Source: Octopus vulgaris (lineage: Eukaryota). Taken from it: a stretch of 64,000 nucleotides of DNA. This document shows positions 13,627-26,000 of the stretch, in pieces; position 1 is the first letter of the stretch, and the number at the start of each line of letters is the position of its first letter. The translations under genes were made by a program, and so were the position numbers. The notes below the pieces were generated by a model, which was given only the letters and a program-made list of their open reading frames with translations, had not been told where the DNA came from and did not search any database. Location: the NCBI GenBank assembly GCA_951406725.2, contig OX597834.1, positions 16,430,001 to 16,494,000 on the forward strand. The letters are read 5' to 3'.

Positions 13627-15062
13627 GTATGTGTATGTGTGTGTGTGTTTGTCCCCCCAACATCGCTTGACAACCGATGCTGGTGTGTTTACGTCCCTAT
13701 AATTTAGCGGTTTGGTAAAAAAGAGACCGATAGAATAAGTACTAGGCTTACAAAGAATAAGTCCTGGAATCGATTTGATCGACTAAAGGTGGTGCTCCAG
13801 CATGGCCACAGTCACATGACTGAAACAAGTAAAAGAGTAAAAGAGCATATCCAGACTGTCACACTGCGACCATCTAATTAATCACTTTATATTACACAAA
13901 TTACGCATGTTCTTTAACAAATATCCTTGAATATCTCCACTGCAGGCCACAAAGCAGAATTTGAAAGTGTAGAGAAAAAGACTGGACAGTGGAGAGTAAG
14001 GTAACATGTCCAGACTGTCACTCCACATTACCTTACAATCCATTACAGCACCTAACACAAGTTGCACAGGTTCAACTCATGGCCTTCCACACCTTCATTG
14101 CAGTTATTACAAGAAACTACAAGCATAAAAAATTACATGTCCAGTAAGTTCCCTGTCATCAATTCACCACAGGAAAAGTTCACCGTCATCAATTAACCTT
14201 TTTATTTATTTATATTTTTTTTTTTTTTGCTGCAATAAAATAATCTTTAACTCTTAATACTCTTTTAGATGTTTCAGTCATTTGACTGCAGCCATGCTGG
14301 AGCACTGCCTTTAGTCGAGCAAATCGACCCCAAGACTTATTCTTTGTAAGCCAAGTACTTATTCTATCGGTCTCTTTTGCTGAACCGCTAAGTTACGGCG
14401 ACATAAACACACCACCATTAGTTGTCAAGTGATGTTGGGGGGACAAACACAGACACACAAACACACATATATACGATGGGCTTCTTTTCAGTTTCTGTCT
14501 ACCAAATCCATACACAAGGCATTGGTCAGCCCGGGGCCATAGCAGAAGACACTTGCCCAAGATGCCACGCAGTGGGACTGAACCTGGAACCATGTGGTTG
14601 GTAAGCAAGCTACTTACCACACAGCCACTCCTGCGCATAAGTGAGATACTATGGATATATTTTCTCAGTAAAGCCATGATGAACTTTCTTCAGAGTGAAT
14701 TGATGGCCGTGAACTTCCCCTGTGGTGAATAAATGGCCATGAACTTACCTGTGATCAAAAAGATAAACTGGACAGTAGGAAGAAAAGACTGTCACACTGC
14801 ATCCTTTGCATGTCACACAACCAGTTACACATGTTCTGTAACATCTGGCTTTCTATGCCTCAAATGTAGCCACTACCGCAAATTACAGGCATAGAAAAAT
14901 TAGAGTGGACAATAGAGAGAATACATGTCACACTTTAATTCTGCACACTAGACACATGTGTGACTGTGTGATTAAGGAGGTTTGCTACCCAACCACACAC
15001 ATGGTTTTTGGGTTCAGTCCTACTGCACAACACCTTGGGCAGGTGTCTGCTATATAGCCGCA

Positions 15063-15530
15063 GGCGGTGAGCTGGCAGACACGTTAGCGCACCAGGCGAA
15101 ATGCTTAGTGGTAGTTTGGCGAGCTAGCAGAATCGTTAGCATGTCGGGCGAAATGCTTAGCGGTATTTCGGCTGCCGTTACGTGGTGAGTTCAAATTCCG
15201 CCGAGGTCGACTTTGCCTTTCATCCTTTCGGGGTCAATAAATTAAGTACCAGTTAAGCACTGGGGTCGATATAATCGACTTAATACCTATGTCTGTCCAT
15301 GTTTGTCCCATCTATGTTTAACCCATTGTGTGTAATAAAGAAATAGGTATTTCGTCTATCACTACGTTCTGCGTTCAAATTCTGCCGAGGTCGACTTTGC
15401 CTTTCATCCTTTTGGGGTCGATATATTAAGTACCAGTTTCGCACTGGGGTCGATGTAATTGACTTAATCCGTTTGTCTGTCCTTGTTTGTCCCCTCTATG
15501 TTTAGCCCCTTGTGGGTAGTAAAGAAGTAT
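15063..15530 (+). mobile_element. tRNA-derived SINE family B (Nin/Deu-like core), tandem dimer
   Basis: GGCGGCGAGCTGGCAGAA..GAGTTCAAATTCCGCCGAGGTCGACTTTGCCTTTCATCCTTTCGGGGTCGATAAA. Other copies at ~20000-20231(-), 35508-35750(+), 39555-39790(-), 43078-43245(-). Confidence 0.8.
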
Positions 15531-16382
15531 ATAGCCGCAGACCAATTAAAGTCTTGTGAGTGGATTTGTTGGACAAAAACTGAAGCCTATCGTATACACT
15601 CATGGCCAAAAGTTTGGAACATAGATCTAAAAATTAGAATTTTTATATTAAATGCCAAAGTTATGTTACTAATAATTTGGTCTAGAATTATATTTTTGGT
15701 TCTACCTATTTTGTCTTCTAGATATTGAACCACTGACTGGATCAGTTATTAGGTATGATGGCACTCCATCAGTTACAACGACGAGTGTTCCAGTTGAAAT
15801 TAACGTGCAAGCGGCTGAGCAATCCACAGACATGTGTACCCTTAACATAGTTCTTGGGGAGATTCAGATTAGACAAGGGTATTCACAGATAAATCTATAT
15901 GTAATATATTAGGATTCAGGTGACTCAAGAACTTAAATGGTAGGGCACCAGGTCGGTCAAAATTAGAATGCATACACAACAAATATAGATGAATACAAGT
16001 GTTGGTACCAAAGTACAAGCAGAAGGATATTCAGGTTATGTATACAATTAATTGAACCCTACTGAGTATATCACTAGCTCTTGGACTAATCCAGAAATGC
16101 ATATTGCATTAAACCTATCCATCGTTTGTATTTATTTATTTATTTACAAATAACCTGTATGTATGTAATATATATATATATATATATCAGGAAGGGCATC
16201 TAGCTGTAGAAACACTGCCAGGTCAGACTGGAGCCTGGTGCAGCCTCCGGGCTTCCCAGACCCCGGTCAAACCATCCAATTCATGCTAGCACGGAAAACG
16301 GACGTTAAACGATGATGATGATGATATATATATATATATATATATATATAAATGTATGTATATATATGTAAGTATATATATG

Positions 16383-16413
<31 letters not shown>

Positions 16414-16879
16414 ATATATATATATATTTATTTATTTATGTAATATATATACACACACAAGAGTTTCTTTAAGTTTCCTTCAACGAAATCCACTCACAAA
16501 CCTTTGGTCGGCTCAGGGCTATAGAAGAAGACATTTGCTCAAGGTGCTGCACAGCAGGGGTGAACCCTAGACTACACAGTTGGTAAGTAAGCTCCTTAAC
16601 CAGACAGATATGCCTGTACCCATGCTAGCCACGCCTAGTACATATATTCCTTTGTCGTACATATAGTTTTATAAATACAAACCCCAACCAATTCTGTACA
16701 AACTGCATGGGAATATCAAGCTGACGACCTTAAGAAATATAATTGTTTGATTAAAAAGGTGTTTCCAAGGGGAATCATTTCTGAATATGATTACTTCCCT
16801 TCCATTCAATTTTTCTTTATAATATTTTCTCTAAGACAATATGCGCGTGTATGCATGTGTACATACATAGATTCATATA

Positions 16880-17085
16880 TATATAGGGAGAGTTTACAAA
16901 AATAAATAAAAGACAAAGGCAGGTGGAGTACAAACAAACAAATGTATTAGTATAGCGCTCAGGAATAGAAATAGAACAAGTCTTTTACGTTTCGAGCCTA
17001 CGCTCTTCGACAGAAAGATACACAGAAAAGAAACACGGAGAGAAAAAAAATGCGTGTAGGAGCTAACGATCTAACATGGCGTTAT
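16880..17085 (-). mobile_element. (TA)n-associated Penelope-like terminal fragment with degenerate hammerhead motif
   Basis: Minus strand CTGTCGAAGAGCgtagGCTCGAAACG; relatives at ~5070-5260(-), 29300-29500(+), 63715-63890(+). Confidence 0.55.
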
Positions 17086-17521
17086 ATATATAAATACAAA
17101 ATGGGACAAGAACGCAAAACATCCAAATAGACGATACAAAAAACACGGACGGGTCAAGCCTTTAATCTTCAGTCAAGAACCGGATCATCCTCGCAATTTC
17201 GGCATATATATATTGTGTCTATGTGAGTGTATGAAACCATGATTCTCCGTGTTTCACAGACACAAATCTTGAAGTACAGTCAAACATGATTAGTGCTTCA
17301 TTGGTATTTACCACTCTGGGACTGGAAGTGAAAATCTAAGTTGACTTGGATAGGATTTAAATTCAAAACATAAAACAACACAACAGAACACCACAGAGTA
17401 TTTCATGTGAAACCTAAAACCTATTTGTCTAAAGCCACCTACTGCACTAATAATAATTATTATTATTTCTAACATAGGTAAGACAGAAAGCTGAAAGAAT
17501 TGGTGCAGCATCAACGGTGCG

Positions 17522-18020
17522 ACTTCAGCGTGTGGTCTACTGCAGCATCCAGTCTACGCTGTGAAATTACTCTTAGCGTGCAGTCTACCTTTTATTACCC
17601 TTTTACACTTTAGCATGCAATCTGCCTCCACTATAAGAACTTTATACGACAGGATGATAAAAACAAACTGAATAATGCTGAGTGGTATTCTCCACCCCTG
17701 TAACGTTTTCACTTTTCTTGTATGATGCTACTACATCAAAGACAAGGGTCTGCTTCTTGCGATGTAGCCAGAAGATTGTTTTCTTGTAAAAATGCAACTG
17801 CTGTTTCCTCTGTAAAAATTATACGTCTATAGAAATCCTTTATAAGCATTATAATGGTTAAAATGAACTCGAGTTTAGAGGGTAAGAAAAGATACACTGC
17901 ACGCTAAAAGCAATTTCACAGTGTAGACAGGATACTGTGGTAGACCACACGCTAAAGTAGGATACTGCAGTAGACCACATGCTAAAGTGGGATACTGCAG
18001 TAGACCGCATGCTAAAGTAG
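17522..18020. mobile_element. Fold-back/MITE with ~75-bp inverted arms and 3x30-bp terminal tandem
   Basis: 17522-17600 is the reverse complement of 17880-17958; GGATACTGCAGTAGACCACATGCTAAAGT occurs three times. Confidence 0.65.
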
Positions 18021-19024
18021 CACCCAAAATACTTTGCAGTATTTTTTCTGTCCCACTGCGCTGAGTTCACAGTTCAAATTCCACTGAGGTCAGCTTTGCC
18101 TTTTATCCTCTCAGGGTAGATAAAATAAGTACCAGTTGCACATTGGGGTTGGTGTAATCTACTTAACCACGCCTATAGAATTTCCAGCCTGGTGTCTAAA
18201 TTTGAAACAACTATTTCTACCATAGGCAGTGAGCCAGCAGAATCTTTAGCACGGTGGTCAAAATGGTTAGCACCATTTCATCCATGCTTACATTATGAGT
18301 TCAAATTCCACCATTGTCCTTCATCCTTCAAAGGCCAATAAAATAATTACCAGCTGAGCACTAAGATGGATGGATTTGGATGAAACTTTCAGGGATGTTT
18401 GGTCTCATGATTGACACAAACTGATTAGATTTTGGGATCGATCTGGTACCGGACAAGGATTCTAGATTATTTTTCCTGCTTTTTTACTTAATTTTTGAGA
18501 GCATTCGGGCTCATTTCTAGTGTTCTCGTTTGTGAGAGCAGTCAAGTTTATTTCAGATATTTTCATTTTAAAAATCATTTCTGGCTAATCATTCAGAGGA
18601 TGTTAGTGTTGCCTTGGAGGAGGTTTGTACTCTCTGAGTGCACCTGTTATTATTAATATTATTACGTGACTACGTTCCGAGTTCAAACTTTGCCCTTCAT
18701 CCTTTCAGGACCAATAAAATAAGTACCAGTGAATGTAATCGACTCATACCCCATCCCCAAAATTGTTGCCCTTGTGGAAAAATTTGAAATTATTATTATA
18801 ATTTGGGCAAGTGCTTTCTACTATAGGGTTTGACTAACCAAGGGTTTCTACAAGGGTTTGACTAACCAAGGGTTTCTACAAGGGTTTGTTGCTGTTGTTG
18901 TTATTATTATTATTATTATTGGGTGGCAAATTCAGTAAGGCTTAAGAGCATTCAGAAAGAAAGAAAAAAACAGATTCAAAATGAAAAAAAAACAGAAAAG
19001 ATTTCATAGAAATGGATTACCAAC

Positions 19025-19204
19025 CGGATGTTTTGTACAAGCTCCATACAGCTTAACGATGTTTGGGTGAGAAACTCGGGACAATTGTTTCAATTCTGTA
19101 ATGAATGCTTTCTTCTCTGACTCAGTTTCGATGAGTTTCACAGCCACATTAATCCTGTGGTACGTAGCACGGCGTACCACACCAAAAGCTCCTTTACCAA
19201 CAAT
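19025..19204 (-). CDS. MAP3K7: TAK1/MAP3K7 coding exon 2, kinase subdomains I-IV
   Basis: Poly-T tract + ccag acceptor. Encodes [60 protein letters not shown] (Gly loop, VAVK lysine, TAK1-typical [30 protein letters not shown]). Donor CCG|gttggt gives 180 nt; an alternative GT lies 4 nt further (exon end 19021). Confidence 0.93.
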
Positions 19205-19289
19205 CTGGAAAAAAAAAAAGCAACGAAAGATGTTCAGTGGTGAGACAGACCAACAGACAGAGAAGTAAAGAAAAAAAATTCATTATCAT

Positions 19290-19667
19290 AGGCGCAGGAG
19301 TGGCTGTGTGGTAAGTAGCTTGCTAACCAACCACATGGTTCCGGGTTCAGGCCCACTGTGTGGCATCTTGGGCAAGTGTCTTCTGCTATAGCCCCGGGCC
19401 GACCAATGCCTTGTGAGTGGATTTGGTAGACGGAAACTGAAAGAAGCCTGTCGTATATGTGTATGTGTTTGTCCCCCTAGCATTGCTTGACAACCGATGC
19501 TGGTGTGTTTACGTCCCCGTCACTTAGCGGTTCGGCAAAAGAGACTGATAGAATAAGTACTGGGCTTGCAAAGAATAAGTCCCGGGGTCGATTTGCTCAA
19601 CTAAAAAAGGCGGTGCTCCAGCATGGCCACAGTCAAATGACTGAACCAAGTAAAAGAGTAAAAGAGT
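19290..19667 (+). mobile_element. SINE family A (young subfamily) next to the TAK1 exon 2 acceptor
   Basis: Near-identical to the copies at 6838, 30039, 41628 and 55974. Confidence 0.85.
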
Positions 19668-20362
19668 ATTTTTGTTATGTCAGCGTCCACTTTGCCATGC
19701 TTGCATGGGTCAAACGGAATTTATTGAGGCACGTTGGCTATGGATGGATGGCCTTCCTGTCACCAACCCTCGCCTATTTTCAAGTAAGGTGAATATCTTC
19801 CCATTATCAGTCATGTCCTCACAGAATATTGGAAATGAATAACATTGCTTGTTTGACAGTAATAACCATTTACAACTACTATGTGGTGTCAAGGCAAGGA
19901 GACACAAATACACACTACGCATAAGCACACGTATGTACACCATACGCAAGCACACACACACTCACACACACACACAATGGGTTTTTTTCAGTTTCTTATT
20001 TCTTTATTGCCCACAAGGGGTTAAACATAGAGTGGACAAACAAGGACAGACAAGGAGATTATGTCGATTACATCGACTCCAGTGCGTAACTGGTACTTTT
20101 AATTTATCAACCCCGAAAGGAGGAAAGGCAAAGTCGACCTTGGCGGAATTTGAACTCAGAACGTAACGGCAGACAAAATTACTGCCAAGCATTTCGCCCG
20201 GCGTGCTAACGTTTCTGCCAGCTCACCACCTTTCTTTCAGTTTCTGTCTTCCAGATAGACTCACAAGGATTTGGTTAGTCAAACCCTTGTAGAAACCCTT
20301 GGTTAGTCAAACCCTTGGTTAGTCAAACCCTATAGTAGAAAGCACTTGCCCAAAGTACCACA

Positions 20363-20880
20363 CATCATCATCATCATCGTTTAGCGTCCGTTTTCCATGC
20401 TGGCATGGGTTGGACGGTGCAACTGGAGTCTGGGAAGCCAGAAGGCTGCACCAGGCCCAGTCTGATCTGGCAGTGTTTCTACAGCTGGATGCCCTTCCTA
20501 ACGCCAACCATTCCATGAGTGTAGTGGGTGCTTTTTACATGCCACTGGCACGGAGGCCAGGCGAGGCTGGCAAACAACCACGATCAGATGGTGCTTTTAC
20601 GTGCCACCGGAACAGAGGCCAGGCGAGGCTGGCAACGGCCATGATCGTATGGTGGTTTTTAATGTGCCACCGGCACAGGTGCCAGACAAGGCTGGCAAAT
20701 GGCCACAATCGGATGGTGCTTTTTACATGCCACCAGCACGGAGGCCAGGCGAGGCTAGCAACGGCCACGATCGTATGGTGGTTTTTCACATGCCACCGAC
20801 ACGGAAGCCAGTCGGGGCGGCGCTGGCAACGGCCATGTCCGGATGGTTCTCTTATGTGCCACCGGCACTGGTATCACAGC
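20363..20880 (-). mobile_element. Family D non-autonomous retroelement with (GAT)n tail and internal ~60-bp tandem units
   Basis: CATCATCATCGTTTAACGTCCGTTTTCCATGC...GGATGCCCTTCCTAACGCCAACCAC then repeated GTGCTTTTACGTGCCACCGGCAC units. Other copies at ~6163-6500, 12478-12830, 24960-25245, 29015-29262(+), 58915-59310. Confidence 0.75.
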
Positions 20881-22148
20881 TACAATTTCCATTAATGTTG
20901 ATTGATTTTGATTTTGATTGGGACTGAAACCCTGTGACCGGGAAGCAAACTTCTTAACCACATAGCTGTTCCTGCATCTATTCATCTATCCATTGTTTTC
21001 TGCCCACTATTCCTGAGAATGGGGGAGGGGGATAGAATCCTCGGGCATTATCAAATATGTACTTCCTGAATGTACTTCAAGAATTGCTGTATTACATTTG
21101 AGGGTGCTTATTTCGCTACTGTTTCTAGCAAGTCAAGCAGCAGCCACATAAGGAATATCTCCCTCTCCTTTCTATAAATAAATTTTTTTTCAGTCACTGC
21201 TTTTCAATTGTTTTCATGTTTTTAGGGGTTTTTTTTTTTGGTGATAGTGTGATTTTAATTACTCCAGATAACTAATTAATTCTTATTCATGCCCTAAATC
21301 CACTAAAGTTAAACTTCTCACACAGGTCTTTCACCTCAGCAACCTAACAATTCATAGAAGTTTTGTCCATTTATTGGATTTATATAACAACAATGGGATA
21401 ATTTTAGACTGTCCTGAATCGATAGAGCAACTCTCCCTCTCTCTCTCTCTCAGCTGAGAGGTCCTATAGTTCTGAGGGCTGATGGCACTGGTGCCACATA
21501 AAAGCACCTATGCCGGTGTCACATAAAAAAGCCCATGCTGGAGTCATGTTAAAAGCACCCGGTACACTCTGCAAAGTGGTTGGCATTAGGAAGGGCATCC
21601 AGCCATCAAAACCGTGCCGAAACAGACAAAATGGAGCCCAGGCAGCTCTTCAGATGGCTAACTCCTGTCAAATAGTCCAACCCATGCTAGCATGGAGAAC
21701 AAACATTAAATGATGATGATGTGTATGTATATATATATATATATACATACTCTTTACTCTTTTACTTGTTTCAGTCATTTGACTGCGGTCATGCTGGAGT
21801 ACCACCTTTAGTCGAGCAAATCAACCCCAGGACTTTCTTTGTAAGCCTAGTACTTATTCTGTTGGTCTCTTTTGCCGAACCGCTAAGTTACGGGGATGTA
21901 AACACACCAGCATCAGTTGTCAAGTGATGTTGGAGGGACAAACACACACACACCCATATACATACATATACGTATATACGACTGGCTTCTTTTCAGTTTC
22001 CGTCTACCAAATCCACTCACAAGGCTTTGGTCGGCCCGAGGCTATAGTAGGGGACACTTGTTCAAGGTGTCATGCAGTGGGACTGAACCCTGAACCATGT
22101 GGTTGGTAAGCAAGCTACTTACCACACAGCCACTCCTGTGCCTATATA

Positions 22149-22190
<42 letters not shown>

Positions 22191-22790
22191 GATCAAAATA
22201 AGCAACAAGTATATCTGAGGTAGAGTGGTACAATTGTTTCATGCTACTTCATTTTATAAAACATTGTATTTTGCTGAACATATATATATATATATATACA
22301 TTAAGGAAAAGCAAGTAGACAAGATTCACATGGTCAACTCTAGGCTACCACAGAAGACACAGGTGCCTCCAGTACAAAACTGGGATTGATTTTAATCAAA
22401 CTCCATATGTTCCTGCTTATTAATCTGTTTACCTAGATAACAGGCTACCTTTTTATAAACTATCGTATAGAAACTGGAAAGTCAAGATATATTATGTTAG
22501 TGTGACCAGATTATGCAGAGTCAACAAACAACAATAATAATGTATCTTTAAGACAATACATAGTATCTCAAATACCACAGGTGAGAAATAAGACAAAGTT
22601 CACCACAAAACTATAACAGGATTAACCCTCACAGATCTTGGCCCTTGCATCTAACTTTACACTTCACCTATGCGCTTGAGCAAAAAAATAAATTGTTGCA
22701 CACATACAGCTCAAGAGTAACAATTGCAGGCAAGCTAATGGGCAGAATCACATTCAGAATAATAATAATAATAAGGCCTATCTCTCAACT

Positions 22791-23093
22791 GTGGAGGCAC
22801 ATGGCCTAGTGGTTAGAGCAGCAAACTCGCGGTCGAGGGATCGCGGGTTCGAATCTCAGACCGGGTGACGTGTGTGTTTATGAGCGAAACACCTAAGCTC
22901 CACGCGGCTCCAGTAGAAGGTAATGGTGAACTTCTGCTGACTCTTTCGTGACAATTTTCTCTCACTCTTTCCTCCTGCATCTTGCAGCTCACCTGCGATG
23001 GACCAGTGTCCCATCCAGGTGGGGGAACCTATACGCCAAGGAAACCAGGAAACCGGCCCTAATGAGCCAGGCATGGCTCAAAAAGGCAAAAAA
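22791..23093 (+). mobile_element. tRNA-derived SINE family C with 13-bp TSD
   Basis: Head GTGGAGGCACATGGCCTAGTGGTTAG..GGTTCGAATCTC, flanked by CTATCTCTCAACT (22778-22790 and 23094-23106). Related copies at ~3800-4177(-), 25402-25690(-), 51760-51885(-). Confidence 0.85.
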
Positions 23094-26000
23094 CTATCTC
23101 TCAACTATTGCATAAGTTCACTGCAGGCAAACCAATGGACAGAATCACAAAAAAATTGAGGTGAATAACAATAAAGGGACAATCTCTCAACTACTGTATT
23201 TGTTCACCCAAATTGCTACTTTCCTCATCACTTTCACCAGTCTGAATGTCCAGACCACTTTCATTGTCTACGTTAAGGGCAAACTCTTTGTGTGAAGAAT
23301 AAATTAAACATCAATAATTTCCTCGAGAGCGAGAGCTTGGCGGCACAGAGGGAAATATGTACAGAGGAATTAGCGGTGCGGAGAGATGAGGTGCAATATT
23401 GGGACACTGGCGATTCAATTAGGAATTAAGGTATTTAATTGTATTGATACATGTTACGATGTAAAAGAAAAGAAAGAGAAAAGAAGAGAGAAAAAGGACT
23501 CTGATGTCGACGATAATGAACTTTGAACTGTAACGTGAATTGTTGCGATACGAACATTGTATAATGTCTAGGCTTTGCTTGTTTACCAGAGACAAAGTAC
23601 TGGGTTCGTCACACACACATTCCATTGCAAAAGAATCCATTTTCTTCAATTAAAAATAAAAGTAAGCAATGGCTATGGTGGGGGGTGCCATTAACAATGA
23701 GTCAGAAACACACTTGACTACAAAGCCACAACACGATCATCAGTCGTCTATTTTTAGCATTTCATCTTCTTTATCTAATTCCAGTACTGTTTCAACTGGA
23801 ATCCAGTAGAGATTACAGTCAGGCTATTCCTACTACAGCAGGAACATGGTGCAAACAGGGTTAAACGTCAGATAGGAAAACTGCTCCTACACACACACAC
23901 ACGAACATATCTATTAATGACCACAAGGTACTGGGTTCAGTTCCACAGCACTACACTTTGGGCAAGTGCCTTCTGTTACAGTTCAAGGCCAGTCAATTGC
24001 TTTGAGAGTGAATCTGGTAGATGGAAACTGTGTGGAAGCCTAGCATGCACGTATGTATGTGTGTGTGTGTGTGTGTTTTCCCCACCACCACCACCACCAT
24101 TTCACAACTGGTGTTGGTTTATTTACGTCCCCATATGCTAGCAGTTCAACCAAAGAGACTGACAGAATAGGTATCAGGCTAAAAAAAATTTTTTTTTAAT
24201 TTAAAAAGGTGTTGATTTGCCCAACTAAATGCCCGACAATAACTGCACTCCAGTGACTGAAACAAGTAAATAAAAACCAAAAAACACACTGCACTTAACC
24301 CTCACTCTAGTTTCCACACCTACTCCTCCCATCCTCCCGTTCTCTAATTGTTTTTCTAACAGGACTTATTTAAACTTATTTGCAAGTTGATAAGCCTCGG
24401 CAGTGCTCTGTTCCCCCCACCCCCACCCGCTTCTTCCCCAACCCGTTCAAGGATGTGGAAAGGCAGATCAAAATAACCAGCAAGCAAGATAACAATCAAT
24501 CATAAATTTAGAAACAGGAACATATTACATCCGGGGCCGTGGATCCAGAAGCTTATGTCACTGAGAAAACGAAAATGGTGGCGGTGGTGCTGATGGTGGT
24601 GGTGGTGGTGGTGGTGGTGATGGTGGTGGTAGTGCTGGTGGTGGGAGGGAGAGGCCGTTATCAGTGACCAACTCTGTTGGTTTGCATCTAACTCGCAAGC
24701 AGAGCTGTGTGGTTAAGACGATCGCTTCCCAACCACATTGTTCTGGGTTCAGTCCCACGGCGCAGCACCCTTGGCAAAGTGTCTTCTACTATAAGCTCCA
24801 GCCCGACCAATGTCTTCTGAGTGGATTCGTTAGATGGAAACTGTATAGAAGACCATCATATGTAAACTGTAAAACACAACTGTCACCACTACTACATGAA
24901 CCTGGAGTTTGTATAGTTTAATGCATCAAAGTACTGGTTCAATCAGAATGGACATTTAATCATCATCATCATCATCGTTTAACGTCCGTTCTCCATGCTA
25001 ACATGGGTTGGACGGTTCGACCGTGGATCTGGGAAGCCAGAAGGCTGCACCAGGCTCCAGTCTTATCTGGCAATGTTTCTACAGCTGGATGCCCTTCCTA
25101 ACGCCAACCACTCCGTGAGTGTAGTGGGTGCTTTTTACGTGCCACCTGCACAGGTGCCAGGTGAGGCTGGCAACGGCCACGGTCGGATTGGTGCATTTTA
25201 CGTGCCACCAGCACGGAAGCCAGTCGAGGCGGCACTGGCTTCGGCAATCTTTTCATTATATTATATTAATCTTATATTATTATAAGATTGTAAATAAAAT
25301 GTGAAAATCAGACACAATTGAAATTTCTTTGAGTAATGTGTGGGTGTGTGTATATGTGTGTGTGTGTGCACGCACATGTATGTATATATATATATACATT
25401 ATATCACATGACCGACCAGACCATCAGATGTTGTTACACATTGCTGGTAACAATGCGTTCGCATTGTTTTAGCCTTCGAATGACGCCACCCCGCTGGCTA
25501 AGCGAGCAGGCCAACAGAAGAAAGAGTGGTGAAGGAGTACAGCAGGGATCACTACTCCCTGCCGGAGCCTCGTGGAGCTTTTTAGGTGTTTTCGCTCAAT
25601 AAACACTCACAACGCCCGGTCTGGGAATCGAAACCGCGATCCTGCGACCGCGAGTCCGCTACCCTAACCACTAGGCCATTGCACCTCCACATATACATTA
25701 TATGTATGTATGTAATTGTTCAGTTTCATTTTGCTAAGTTACTGGGACGTAAACACACCAATGCCAGTTGCCAAGTGGCAGTGAAGGACAAATGCAAACA
25801 AAACACACACACACATAAACATGACAGACTTCTTTAAGTTTCCATCTGCCAAATCCACTCACAAGGATTTGGTCAACTCAAAGCAAAAATAAAAGACACT
25901 TGCCCAAGGTGCCAAGCAGTGGGACTGAACACAGAACCATATGGTTGGGAAGCAAGATTCTTACCACACAGTCACAATTGCGCTCACTCTACCACATACT

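Noticed and set aside
1-19020. TAK1 exon 3 (expected VCLVMEYAEGGSL)
   Set aside because: No matching minus-strand codons found by eye; presumably left of the window, giving an intron >19 kb.
20520-20870. Regularly spaced ~60-bp repeats resembling a CRISPR array
   Set aside because: The 'spacers' are similar to each other; internal tandem of a eukaryotic retroelement; no cas genes.
22791-22870. tRNA-like sequence with A and B boxes (also 47801, 4100-4177)
   Set aside because: Heads of SINEs with bodies and TSDs, not standalone tRNA genes.
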